Origin: Trichomonas gallinae
Lineage: Eukaryota
Reading direction: 5' to 3'
DNA length: 39,143 nt
Assembly: GCA_008369845.1 (NCBI GenBank)
Contig: MRSU01010341.1
Span: 1-39,143 of the forward strand
Shown: piece after piece, positions 21,745-32,105 of the stretch
Numbering within the stretch: position 1 is the first letter of the stretch
Layout of the letters: each line of letters opens with the position of its first letter
Made by a program: the position numbers and the translations under genes
The notes under the pieces: model-generated
The model's input: the letters and a program-made list of their open reading frames with translations, nothing else
Databases searched by the model: none
Told to the model about the DNA's origin: nothing

Positions 21745-23814
21745 TCATGCCGGTGGTAGTGATGCTGGAGCAGACTGTTGCTCAGCCTCGGGCTGAACTG
21801 CGACACCCTCATTCCTCATCATCTCTTGGAGCTGCTCGAGCTTCATGTCTTTAGGCTCGATTTTCATTGACTGCTCCGAAAGAATTGCAGAATCCCATAA
21901 TTGGAGCTCAGCGAGCTTCTTTTGGACCTGATCAATTGTAGAAAAGTTGAATTCCTTCATCTGGAATGAAAGGATCTTAGTGACAAGCGAATAAATACCC
22001 GCGCATTTCTGGAAATTAACAAGACCATCTTGGTAATCCTTGTTACCATCATAGAAGAAGGTCAGCTGTGTGAGGTAGACACCAACGTATGGAATAACGG
22101 TGCCTTTGTTCTTAAGAGCATCATTATGTAATTGTTGTAGTGCAGCGAAGTTCTTTTCTGAACGTGCGTCGTGCATGATCTTATCGATCGGATCCATGAC
22201 GCCTGGCTCCAATGCCTGCTTGTGTACGCGAAGACGGTAGATTGGATTTGCTTGGAAAGCTGTAGCGATTGCCATGCCATCGAAATAGTCCTGGGACTGC
22301 CAGAACTTCCATGCAAGCGCTGTGAAGAACTTCCAGAGGCGGAATCTCTTCTCCAATGTTTCAGCATAAAGAATTTCGTGCTGAACCCACTGATTAAGCC
22401 TGTTGAAATGGGATGTAATGGCACAAACGTTTGGAGCTCTGTGTCTAATACGCGGCTTGGACCACGCACAGTCGAGAAGTTCTTTCGCTGTAATCGCATA
22501 ATAGAATTTACCAGCATACATAGTGATTTGGCGGGCGAGTTCGTCCATGTTCATGTCAGTTAGGTCGAAATCACCGGCGAAAATGCCGCGCGGCAAGTCA
22601 ATTTTGACTGCTGTTGAAAATTCAAGAAGTTGCTTTGATTTTTCGCCTGAAATCTGTTTCTGGAATGCAGTAAGAAGACGGCGCTTAGCACCCTTGTTCT
22701 GGAATTCGATGTTATTAAGCCATTGATTAAGATTTTGGATAAGCATTGAATCGAAGTCATAAAATGAAATTTCGATCCATTTTTCAACAAGCGCGACGAA
22801 GTAAAGTTCTGCTTTATCTCGATCTGATGTTTTCATCGATTTAACGTCATCTTGTAATTTTTCAAATGCTTCTTGAAGCTTTCTGAACATGTGGTGAGAT
22901 GTCATGAATGTATGATATGTCATAGCGAAAATATCAATAAGCTGCGGCGCGAAAACATTATCTTGTGTATCGCGGCGCGCAGCACACCAAACGAGCTGAT
23001 TTGTTGTGCCCAATCTTGGTAATTTATCTTCTGGACTGTAAACGTAGCCAGCGAGATCCTTGTCGTCGATAATTTTCGTATCATCAGATTTCTTAATACC
23101 GATAACACCGAGAGTTGATGATGCCTGCGTGGCGAGATGTTTCTTGACAGTATCTGGATCACTTGGATAGCCAGGAGTTGGCAAAATAAGGTTGTAGAAA
23201 CCATCTGCAGAAATAATACCACGTTCAAGGTGGTGAACGAGCTGTGAGCTTTGGTGATGTGTTGGATATTCGATATTGAACATGAATGAATTCTCAATTT
23301 CTGATGCAGTGACTGGAAGACCGACTGTTCTCAAATGTTGAACAATAAGAGCTAAAACGCCATCCTGAGGCAGCAAACGACGCGAAGGCAAGAACAAGTT
23401 CGCGATTGTCGCTGCTCTTGTGACTGGATCTAAGCGCGTTACTAAATCACGAATTTCAGGATGTAGGCGATAAAGCTCTGTCTCCCAGTAAGAACGATCT
23501 ATTTTTGTCGGCGCTGATTTTTTGTATTTACCATCGAACTCTTGTGAAACAGAAAACGGAGTCTCTGTAAATTCACGTGATTGATTGTGATTCTTTGCTT
23601 TTTTGTAATTGAAGCAGAATTCAGGGATGGGGTTGCCTTCTCCTTCCCCTTTATTATCGTTTGAGTTGTCGAAAGAAACTGATGTTTTCTTAGAATGATC
23701 ACTTTCTTTGCCTGGCTTCTCGCGATGCCTGTGCTCTTTCTTTTCCTGTCTGTCCGATTTATCGCGATGCTTGCGCTCTTTAGTATCGCGAACTTTCGCA
23801 TCAGATGAACTCAT
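21745..23814 (-). CDS. RasGEF (LisH + REM + CDC25 domains)
   Basis: CDC25 motifs ELARQIT, AWSK...APNV...HFNRLNQWV, IPYVGVYLTQLTF..DGN and VNFQK. REM motif FAMTYHTFMT. The start is placed at 23814 because motif 2 lies just upstream, with an alternative ATG at 23871. Confidence 0.9.
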   Translation of the reverse strand: MSSSDAKVRDTKERKHRDKSDRQEKKEHRHREKPGKESDHSKKTSVSFDNSNDNKGEGEGNPIPEFCFNYKKAKNHNQSREFTETPFSVSQEFDGKYKKSAPTKIDRSYWETELYRLHPEIRDLVTRLDPVTRAATIANLFLPSRRLLPQDGVLALIVQHLRTVGLPVTASEIENSFMFNIEYPTHHQSSQLVHHLERGIISADGFYNLILPTPGYPSDPDTVKKHLATQASSTLGVIGIKKSDDTKIIDDKDLAGYVYSPEDKLPRLGTTNQLVWCAARRDTQDNVFAPQLIDIFAMTYHTFMTSHHMFRKLQEAFEKLQDDVKSMKTSDRDKAELYFVALVEKWIEISFYDFDSMLIQNLNQWLNNIEFQNKGAKRRLLTAFQKQISGEKSKQLLEFSTAVKIDLPRGIFAGDFDLTDMNMDELARQITMYAGKFYYAITAKELLDCAWSKPRIRHRAPNVCAITSHFNRLNQWVQHEILYAETLEKRFRLWKFFTALAWKFWQSQDYFDGMAIATAFQANPIYRLRVHKQALEPGVMDPIDKIMHDARSEKNFAALQQLHNDALKNKGTVIPYVGVYLTQLTFFYDGNKDYQDGLVNFQKCAGIYSLVTKILSFQMKEFNFSTIDQVQKKLAELQLWDSAILSEQSMKIEPKDMKLEQLQEMMRNEGVAVQPEAEQQSAPASLPPA

Positions 23815-23838
23815 AACTTTTTTATTATTTGCTGATTT

Positions 23839-23846
23839 GTCACTTT
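23839..23846 (-). promoter_or_regulatory. Core-promoter motif 2 (AAAGTGAC)
   Basis: GTCACTTT on the + strand, 24 bp upstream of ATG 23814. Confidence 0.55.
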
Positions 23847-24531
23847 TAGGGTATTTTCTTTTTTTTTCCATCAAAGTATGATAGAAATCCTTCCAAATCA
23901 AGACTATCAATACAGCACGGCAATAAGATAAAATCTATCGATTCATGGAGTTTGATTGACTTTATTTTCAAATACAAAGTGAAATTGCTAGATATCACTT
24001 TACTTGACAAATATGACACGTAAAACATTCTTTTTGGCATAATTTGACAAATAATTTTTTTTCCCCTAAAATGTGATATTCTTCTACTCTATGAGATTTC
24101 CCCATAAAATTTCTTTATAGAATACCAGGAGTATTGGAAATTTACTATAGTTGGGTAAACTTTATACATCCTTATTCATATAAATCTATCACAAATATAA
24201 TCACCAAAAACTTTAATGGCGAAACTCCATTAAACATAGCTACAATGTTCGATAATGTTGAAACTATCGCAAAACTGGCAGACATTAGTGCATAGTTATT
24301 GAGCTTTACTAGTTCCACGTAAAGCCGACGTTTATTCTAATGTAATGCTAAAAGAAGTTATAATTTGTTTATCAATTGAGAAGTGACAAATAGTTTTTTT
24401 TGACAATTACATGTCAAATATGACGAATAAAATACTTTACAAAACAAATTTTTTATTTTAATTTTTTATGACTGGATTCATTTATACATTGGTTTGTTAT
24501 GTTGATTTTCATCATCAAAAATCATTTTTAG

Positions 24532-26100
24532 ATGCCACCAAAACTTCATCAATTGCAAAGTATTTTAGCGCACGAAGCAAACATAAAATGTGTGTCAGTG
24601 GGCGAAAAGACTGGCCAAATATATGTATCTGGTGGCGAAGATTGTTACGTAAATCTATGGCAAGTTGGAAATTCGAATCCAAAAGTTTGTTTTGGACCTT
24701 TTCAATCATCTATCACTGCAGTGAAGCTTGACAAGGAAGAAGAACGACTTCTTATAGGTTTAGAACTTGGAACTGTTTTACTTTACGATTTAAATGATAA
24801 TAAATGCCTTGCAACTTGGTCTCAGCATCGTGGAGAGATAACATCACTTGCATTTTCACCTGTAAATCAAGAAATTATACTTGCAACAGACAGAACTGGA
24901 AAATTCAACGTTTTATCAACAAATTCTCGAAAACCACTTCAAATCTACACAGATCATCGTGGATCGGTCAACACAGTAGCTATTTCACCCAGTGGAGTCC
25001 TCGCAGCGACTGGAGGCGATGATCATCTTATTAACGTTTATGATCTCTCGAAAGGAAAGAAAGTAGTGACATTGGATGGCAACACAGATGCTGTATACAG
25101 CATAAGTTTCCATCCAAATCTGAATATGCTTGTTTCTGCAGGTGCAGACAGAAATTTGCACTTTTTCGACATTGATTCGTTCGAAGAGTTAATGAATGAC
25201 ATGAATCTTGATTCTGCACCTATAGATGTTGTCAAATTCCATTCTTCTGGCTCTGTTATCATATCATGTTCATCAGATTATCTCAAATTTGTTTCCCTTC
25301 AGCCTTTAAAGATACAAGACTTATTTACAATTGCTCTAGAAACAATAAGAGACGTGTCCATATCAATGGCTGGCGTTACGATCGCTTCTTCAATCGGAAC
25401 AAAATTAATTATTCACAGAACTAAACTAGAGTTCTTCAAACCATTCAAAAACAGTCCTATTTCGCTTACACCTGAGCTCGATGACATTTATCGTAAGCCA
25501 AGTGCAACACCTCCAAGAGTTGAAATGGCGCAGCTCCCAGTTCCAACAAGAAACAGAGTTGCTAGCGAGCAAAACACCCCAGGACGTCGTGGGCAGAAGG
25601 CGCGCTTATCTTTCGGCGAATCTCCAGTTTTCAGCGAATTCAGAAAGCATCGACAAGTTTTCATGACGAAAATGAACGACAGGTACTCCAAACTCTCGAG
25701 AATCAACGAGTTTATATCAAAGAAGGGCATGAGCAGGCTCCTGGAGAATTCTGCGAAGACAGGCGACATGGGCTGCGAAATATTGACAATTTTAAGGATG
25801 AGGCCTGAAGTTGTCAGGTTTTACCACGCGGTGCTGATGATGCAGATTGTTGAGAAGATCATGACAGCAGAGAAGGAGCTCAGCATCGCAACTGTTGAGA
25901 CTTTATTGCAGACTTTCGGCAGAATAGTTTTGGACGAGCTTCAAAATAAAAGTGGCGAGAAATATTCACATGCGAGAAAGTTTGCCGACTCGTTTAGATG
26001 CATTGCTCCGTTCTTAAAGTCTGTATCAATAGGACAGTCCAACTACGCTCAGACTGCTGCTGACATTTTGGATGAATGGCAAGTTATGCTCAAAATGTAA
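24532..26100 (+). CDS. KATNB1: Katanin p80 WD40 subunit B1-like
   Basis: The N-terminus KLHQLQSILAHEANIKC...SGGEDCYVNLW matches the p80 start. It has about six WD40 repeats, a Pro-rich linker and a con80-like helical C-terminus. A TCATT initiator lies at 24522-24526. Confidence 0.8.
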   Translation: MPPKLHQLQSILAHEANIKCVSVGEKTGQIYVSGGEDCYVNLWQVGNSNPKVCFGPFQSSITAVKLDKEEERLLIGLELGTVLLYDLNDNKCLATWSQHRGEITSLAFSPVNQEIILATDRTGKFNVLSTNSRKPLQIYTDHRGSVNTVAISPSGVLAATGGDDHLINVYDLSKGKKVVTLDGNTDAVYSISFHPNLNMLVSAGADRNLHFFDIDSFEELMNDMNLDSAPIDVVKFHSSGSVIISCSSDYLKFVSLQPLKIQDLFTIALETIRDVSISMAGVTIASSIGTKLIIHRTKLEFFKPFKNSPISLTPELDDIYRKPSATPPRVEMAQLPVPTRNRVASEQNTPGRRGQKARLSFGESPVFSEFRKHRQVFMTKMNDRYSKLSRINEFISKKGMSRLLENSAKTGDMGCEILTILRMRPEVVRFYHAVLMMQIVEKIMTAEKELSIATVETLLQTFGRIVLDELQNKSGEKYSHARKFADSFRCIAPFLKSVSIGQSNYAQTAADILDEWQVMLKM

Positions 26101-26694
26101 TTTTTTTATATTATTTTGTTTGTTGTTATAATAAAAATTCTATCCTAATTATGATTTGATTCTACTCTCTCTCCTGTCCAATGACAGCTTGATGCATTAC
26201 AATTTTATCATAATGATTTTTTATTATCATAATCAAAACTAAATTCCTATCTATAGAAAGATGTAGTTTTCGTCTAATGTTTAATATTAACTTTCCTTGT
26301 TTTAATGATGCTGCACAGAATCATAACAAATTAAGAAGTGATATAATATATTTCATATAGTTCTGATGTAATCATATCATGAAATAATTAAGCATTTTTT
26401 TTTAATTTGTTATCATTATGTTAAGAATTTTGTTTTTTAATATCATAAGGATTATCTTATGAGTATCTATTATATTGATGATATTTCTTCTAATGCTGTC
26501 TAATAGCTTAAGGTAATGAATTAAATTATTTTTTAAAAAACTGTTGCAGCATGTAATGGAGTTTGACCATAATATTTTTTTTTATTTCAATATTAAACGA
26601 TTTTTTATTTTAACAACAATTTTAGATTCAAATATATTTTTAATCAGTGAAAATGAGTTTTTTGAATAAAAAAAAACTAACAACATAAGATTTA

Positions 26695-29109
26695 CTAAAA
26701 TAAATCGTTATTCTTCTTTTTCTTCTTCTTTTCGACGAATCCGTTCTCTATCATCATCATGTCGTCGGGGAAGAAGTAGTAGATAGTTCTGTATAGAGCA
26801 ACTATGAGGACAATGAAAACAGGATATAGGAACCCTATTATTGAGTGCTCAATCATATAAATAGAAACAATGCTGCCAATCTGCAGCAAGTTGACAAGGA
26901 AAATCTTCCATCGTTTCACGTTTCTTATCCAATGAGTTGGTGGCAGATTCTCAGGCTTCCAAAACAACGAAAGAAGATGCACAACAAGCTGCGTGTTAAT
27001 CAATGTTATGGCTCCCATGAACGCGAGAACGCCAGCGAAAACAGCTCGCGGCAATGTCATGATTTTTGGAAAGAGAAGAACAATAAACAACAAAATGTGA
27101 GAAATCAAACCAGTCAGTCTTGTTTCTGAAACATTGATACACAAAGAAGATGGATTCCCTTCTTCATCGTACTCAAATGTGTGGACACTCATTGCGTGTA
27201 TATGGTGAAACGTGTGAATTTTTGATGCCGTAACTAGAGGAAGATTAAACAAACCCAGCAAAAGATTTGCGAACGCGAGAATTAAAATGTCTAAATGATA
27301 AGCACAAGGCTTTCTCAAGTTCATTTCTTCGCCATTGACAAGTTTGGCAGTTACATTATGCTCCAGTAAAATCAAAACACTGGCGCAGAATCCTAGCATC
27401 ATCGACAAGAAAAATAATTTCGCGTTGAATAGCGAAATTTTCACGAATTCTATTTTTCCCTTTAAATCTTCCGTCGAATAATGCGGTAAACTTCTGTAGA
27501 CATTCGGGAAAAGATACGCGAGAATTATAGTGACGCCTATGGATGATATAACAGGTGCACCATCTGAAGCTAAATTTCTAAGCCATGAATATGTCAAGCT
27601 GTTGAATTTGACTCGATTTATTGCATAGGTGATGACAAAAACTGCCAAAGCAGTAAAAGCTCCGCAGACTTGTAGAAACTGGTCCTTTGGCGAAATAATT
27701 TCTTGTATTGAGTCAAGTAGGAACAGGAAAGCAACAAAGGCTACGAAAACTTCATCTGAAAAGCTTGTAACATATTTAATCGCAGTTGAAATGTTCGTCA
27801 GAGAAAATATAATTAAGAAAAAAGCGGCGAAAATTGAAGTCAGTGGGTAAATCTGCGCTAAAGTGAATCCTGCTGACTTTGCGAGCGTTTTGCAGGCCTT
27901 GAGGAAAAGGATGAAAGCAGCTGAAGGAGAGAGGAAAACCATTGGCTGGGGAGAGAAAAACGACATGAAAATTCCAGCGAAGATGCAGGAAACCAAGACA
28001 TGAAAAGTATTCATGAAATTACCAGTGTAGTTCTGTATTGATGTTCCAAATATGTACACATAAGGGAGGATGCCTAGTGCTAGGAAAACAGCAACGAAAA
28101 CAGGCTTGAATGAAAAGCCATCCCGCCAATCAGACCAATAATAAGGAATTCTTCTTTTAAAGTCATTTGAAATACCGCTGCCTAATTTCAGCAGTGTTTT
28201 GCAGTTGATTTCTTCATCTTCTATCTCATGCTTGTGATGTAGTATCATTTCGTGGTTCAATAACATTTGTCGATGAACCCAATCAGATCTACCGATTTCA
28301 ATGTCGTGCGTTAAGTGTTCGTTGACTTTGTCTATGGCTTTGTGTGCTTTGGCGAGCTCTGAGAGGAAATCAGACTCAGATTGTTCGAATTCTGATTTTA
28401 TTTCTACTTCGTTGCTGGAATTCCACATTGATGAGTGGATTTTTGGCAGTTCCATTAGAACAGCAATTAAATTCGCTATATCACGCGCTTGCTCATCGTT
28501 GACTAAAGTATAAATAACGAATCTTGAAAAATGATTTGAGTTTCCCACTCTAATAATATCTTTAAATCGCCAGACACTTGATATACAGCTGACTCCTTCT
28601 TGTAAAAAGTTATTTGTACCAACACTCGAAGTGATAATTAAAAATTCTTTGTAATTCAAGACGTAGCTATTTGCGCAATACTCGTCGTTTGTTGATGTTA
28701 AAATCTTTCGAATTTCTTGCGGATTTGTGACTTGTGGATGAATTGAAAATTGATCAATCATATCTTGTTCGTAATTGTGTATGCTAAACTGGTTGGATGG
28801 ATTCTTATTCATCCTGTATGTCGCATTTCTAAAGCTGTGTATTAAAATATCAACTAGATGAGGTTTTGTCATTCGTGGAATGTTAATCGTGACGAATGAC
28901 AGGGGATCTTCTGTTTTTAAGGTGTTGTTACCGAGAGTAATCGCATCAATCCCGAATTCAAGATGTTCAGGCACATCAATAATATTCGAAATATATGCAA
29001 CGGAATCATGCAACGCATCAATGGAGCTAAATGTTGAGTCAGATTCGCTGTTTTCGAATGACATACTTTCCATGTCGTCTGTCAACATTTCGTCGGTCAC
29101 ATCATCCAT
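26695..29109 (-). CDS. SLC4/band-3-type anion (HCO3-/borate) transporter
   Basis: Motifs DFKRRIPYYWSDWRDG, FSPQP, YVTSFSDEVF, LRKPCAYHLD and VSETRLTG, with about 12-14 TM segments. The ATG is at 29109, with a TCATT initiator at 29121-29125. Confidence 0.9.
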   Translation of the reverse strand: MDDVTDEMLTDDMESMSFENSESDSTFSSIDALHDSVAYISNIIDVPEHLEFGIDAITLGNNTLKTEDPLSFVTINIPRMTKPHLVDILIHSFRNATYRMNKNPSNQFSIHNYEQDMIDQFSIHPQVTNPQEIRKILTSTNDEYCANSYVLNYKEFLIITSSVGTNNFLQEGVSCISSVWRFKDIIRVGNSNHFSRFVIYTLVNDEQARDIANLIAVLMELPKIHSSMWNSSNEVEIKSEFEQSESDFLSELAKAHKAIDKVNEHLTHDIEIGRSDWVHRQMLLNHEMILHHKHEIEDEEINCKTLLKLGSGISNDFKRRIPYYWSDWRDGFSFKPVFVAVFLALGILPYVYIFGTSIQNYTGNFMNTFHVLVSCIFAGIFMSFFSPQPMVFLSPSAAFILFLKACKTLAKSAGFTLAQIYPLTSIFAAFFLIIFSLTNISTAIKYVTSFSDEVFVAFVAFLFLLDSIQEIISPKDQFLQVCGAFTALAVFVITYAINRVKFNSLTYSWLRNLASDGAPVISSIGVTIILAYLFPNVYRSLPHYSTEDLKGKIEFVKISLFNAKLFFLSMMLGFCASVLILLEHNVTAKLVNGEEMNLRKPCAYHLDILILAFANLLLGLFNLPLVTASKIHTFHHIHAMSVHTFEYDEEGNPSSLCINVSETRLTGLISHILLFIVLLFPKIMTLPRAVFAGVLAFMGAITLINTQLVVHLLSLFWKPENLPPTHWIRNVKRWKIFLVNLLQIGSIVSIYMIEHSIIGFLYPVFIVLIVALYRTIYYFFPDDMMMIENGFVEKKKKKKNNDLF

Positions 29110-29571
29110 CAAACAACAAAAATGATTTCTATTTTTATTTTTAAACTGTTTATGACTACTATAATAGTATACTCACTAAATTTTTAAAGAATGCCTATAA
29201 ATATGAAATTATTAAAACCTATTTCTACAAATAATCATTCTCTACCATTAATCACAAGGATTCCAACAAAACAAAAGTGTGAAATCTGGGTCTTATTCTC
29301 AAGAAAGTATAATGAAAATAAAATTTAGTTATAAATCCTTATTTAAACCAAATAATACATCACATTCATCAATAAATCAACATTTTTAATAGTTAAATTC
29401 ATCAAAACTTTAAATTTGAAAAATATATTCAATATTTTGAGCAAATTATCGAAAATATTGCAATTTATATAAAAATACAATTTAGAATACGAAAAAATAT
29501 GATATCTATGATAAAAAAAGTAAAAATCAAAAAATATATTCTTTTAATTCAATCAATATATAATAGTAGAA

Positions 29572-32091
29572 TTAAACTCCATTGAATGCTGGTGCTCTAG
29601 AAGCCATTCTGTCAATGGAGAAGCCAATCTTCTGTATTGCGCGCTGCCAGCAAGGAAGCTCGCCTTCAAGCTCGACTCCTTCGCTTCCGTTGATTCCGTA
29701 AGGATCAAACTTGTACCAAACTGCGACGCAGACGCAGACGACGATGACAACGCAGATGACAGCGTTTCTTGTTGTGTGGGACTCCTCTTCCGCTGTCTGC
29801 TGGAGGCCACTTCTAACTTCACGCTCTTCATCGTGGACTTGTCTCTTGACGTCAGCCTTTTGGACTTTTTGTCCGCCCAATGTTTGGTGCTTGAATTTGT
29901 CTGTGACGAAAATGTCTACATCTGGCAATGTGAACTTGCTGTCGATGTCACTACCATAGTAGTAGATGCTCTTCAATTTGCCGCACTCGCTGAAAACATC
30001 TGAACCAAGTCTGGCGAGTTTCGGTGGCAAAACGAATTTCGACAATTTGCTGCATCCGCTGAACGCGAAGTCAGCGATATATGCTAATTGTGTGTCGCCA
30101 AGATCGACAGACTCGAGGCGCTCGCACTTTCCGTAAGCGCGCTCAGCAATTGTGTCTACTGATGATGGTAAAACAAGAGATTTGATGGCTGTGCCGAAGA
30201 AGGCTTCTTTGCCAATCAGTCTGACATTCTTCGGCATCAAGATTTCCTTGAGGGATGAGCAGCCGCTGAAAATAGATTCTGGGATCTCTGTTACTTGTGT
30301 TTCGCTCATGTCTGCACTTGTCAACATCTTGCAGCCCTCGAATGCCTTCCTGCCGAGCTCTACGACTTTATCGCCCATCTTAATCGATGTCAATTGAGAA
30401 CCAACGAATGCTTTTTCGCTGATCTTGATTAAACTGGACGGAAGCCTGATTTCAAGGCCGGCTGTGTTGACGAAAGTCTCCGGCTCGATGATAAGGACTG
30501 AGCTCTGCGACATATCAAGGCTGACGAGTGATGTGCAGTTCGCGAAGCAGCCTTTTCCGAGTCCGGAAACGGATTTGTCAAGTGCCAGTTTTCTTATAGA
30601 CGACTTCGCGAAGAAGTAGTCGCCGAGAGTTATTGAATGCTGCGGGAACTTAACGACAACATCACCAACGTGGTACAAAAGCTTGGCTGGCAGCTCCTTC
30701 ATTTGGATTGACGATAAATCGACTTTTACTAATGATGTGCATTCAGCAAAAGCTCCTTCGCCGATAGATTCCACGTGCTCGTTGAGATTGATCTCCTTGA
30801 TGGCTGTCTTAGAGAACGCGTACGGACCAATTACCAGTGAGCCAGTCGGCAGCTTGACGGCTTCAAACATCGTGCAGCCCATGAAGAGTTTCTCAGGGAT
30901 GTTCGGCAAATGCAAGTGCGATAAATCTGCGTCAACGAGATGAGTGCAGTTCGCGAAAGATCCGGCAGAAATGCTTGTTACAGCGTCAAATGGGAAGTGA
31001 CTGAACGAGCAGCCCACGAATGACTCCTTGCCGACTGTCTTGAAGCCTTTCGGTGGCTTGAAGTTAGTCAGAGAAAGACAACCAGCGAAACACATGTCTG
31101 GAATTGCTTCGAGCTCCATCGCTGAGAGATCTACTGTCGCCAGCTTCTTGTTGAGGCTTAAGAAGCCAATAGAGACCTTCTTGAGCGTAGCTGGGGCAAC
31201 GAATTCTTTGATTTTCGTGTGTGAAATTGCGAAATCTTCAATTTCTTCGAGACTTTCTGGTAAAACGATTTCTACGAGTGATTCACAGTTGAGGAAGAGG
31301 TTCTTAGGGAATATTTCGATCGTGCAGCCCTTGAAACAGATCTTTTTCAGCTTCTTGCATCCGCTGAAAGCAGATTCGCCAATAACTGTTACTGTCTTAG
31401 GGATACTGATCTCTGTGATGGCAGTATTTGCGAATGCACGCTCTGGAATCTCAATAAGTGATGTTGGAAGGGAAATTACGCTTAAAACTGAGCAATTTTC
31501 GAAAGCTGACTTTCCAAACTTAGAAACCATTGACAAATGCATGTCAACAACTTCAATCTGCGAATTTGCAAATGCGAAATCCTTAAGTGCAGTAAATCCG
31601 ATAGATGTGTTGATTGCGTTGATTAATGTGCCATCAAAGCAGTGCTCATCGATAGACTTAAGTCCAGAACCGATGATAAGGCACTTCAAACTAGCGCATT
31701 TGCTGAAACAGTAAGCAGATAAAACAGAAATATGCGCTTGTGTGATATTGATGATTTCTAAGTTAGGACTCTGCTCGAAGGCATGCTTACCTAGAATAGA
31801 AATTGATTTTGGAAGCTTAATCGACACAAATGGAGATTTCGAAAAAGCGTAATCGGAAATGTTAACGATTGTGTATGTGACTTTGTTGTGTTTTACTGTT
31901 AATGGGATTTCGAGGACTGTTTTCTTCTCTGGAATCTCGAGGGCTTCATATTGACCATTTCCAATAGCGAGAGTTTTGTCTGAACCAAGGTTGCAGTGGA
32001 ACTTGATTCCATCAATTTCGACAATCTCTTTCCTGTATGTTGTTTTTCCTATTTGCCAGGATGAAACAAAAGAAATAAAAAGAGAAATCAT
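29572..32091 (-). CDS. BspA-like (TpLRR/LRR_5) surface protein with a C-terminal TM
   Basis: Roughly 25-28 repeats of the type LP.SL..I...AF..C..L..I. It has a hydrophobic N-terminus, the TM AVICVVIVVCVCVAVW and a ~45-aa tail. Motif 2 lies at 32098-32105. Confidence 0.92.
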   Translation of the reverse strand: MISLFISFVSSWQIGKTTYRKEIVEIDGIKFHCNLGSDKTLAIGNGQYEALEIPEKKTVLEIPLTVKHNKVTYTIVNISDYAFSKSPFVSIKLPKSISILGKHAFEQSPNLEIINITQAHISVLSAYCFSKCASLKCLIIGSGLKSIDEHCFDGTLINAINTSIGFTALKDFAFANSQIEVVDMHLSMVSKFGKSAFENCSVLSVISLPTSLIEIPERAFANTAITEISIPKTVTVIGESAFSGCKKLKKICFKGCTIEIFPKNLFLNCESLVEIVLPESLEEIEDFAISHTKIKEFVAPATLKKVSIGFLSLNKKLATVDLSAMELEAIPDMCFAGCLSLTNFKPPKGFKTVGKESFVGCSFSHFPFDAVTSISAGSFANCTHLVDADLSHLHLPNIPEKLFMGCTMFEAVKLPTGSLVIGPYAFSKTAIKEINLNEHVESIGEGAFAECTSLVKVDLSSIQMKELPAKLLYHVGDVVVKFPQHSITLGDYFFAKSSIRKLALDKSVSGLGKGCFANCTSLVSLDMSQSSVLIIEPETFVNTAGLEIRLPSSLIKISEKAFVGSQLTSIKMGDKVVELGRKAFEGCKMLTSADMSETQVTEIPESIFSGCSSLKEILMPKNVRLIGKEAFFGTAIKSLVLPSSVDTIAERAYGKCERLESVDLGDTQLAYIADFAFSGCSKLSKFVLPPKLARLGSDVFSECGKLKSIYYYGSDIDSKFTLPDVDIFVTDKFKHQTLGGQKVQKADVKRQVHDEEREVRSGLQQTAEEESHTTRNAVICVVIVVCVCVAVWYKFDPYGINGSEGVELEGELPCWQRAIQKIGFSIDRMASRAPAFNGV

Positions 32092-32097
32092 ATGTTT

Positions 32098-32105
32098 GTC
32101 ACTTT
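32098..32105 (-). promoter_or_regulatory. Core-promoter motif 2 (AAAGTGAC)
   Basis: GTCACTTT on the + strand, 6 bp upstream of the BspA ATG. Confidence 0.55.
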
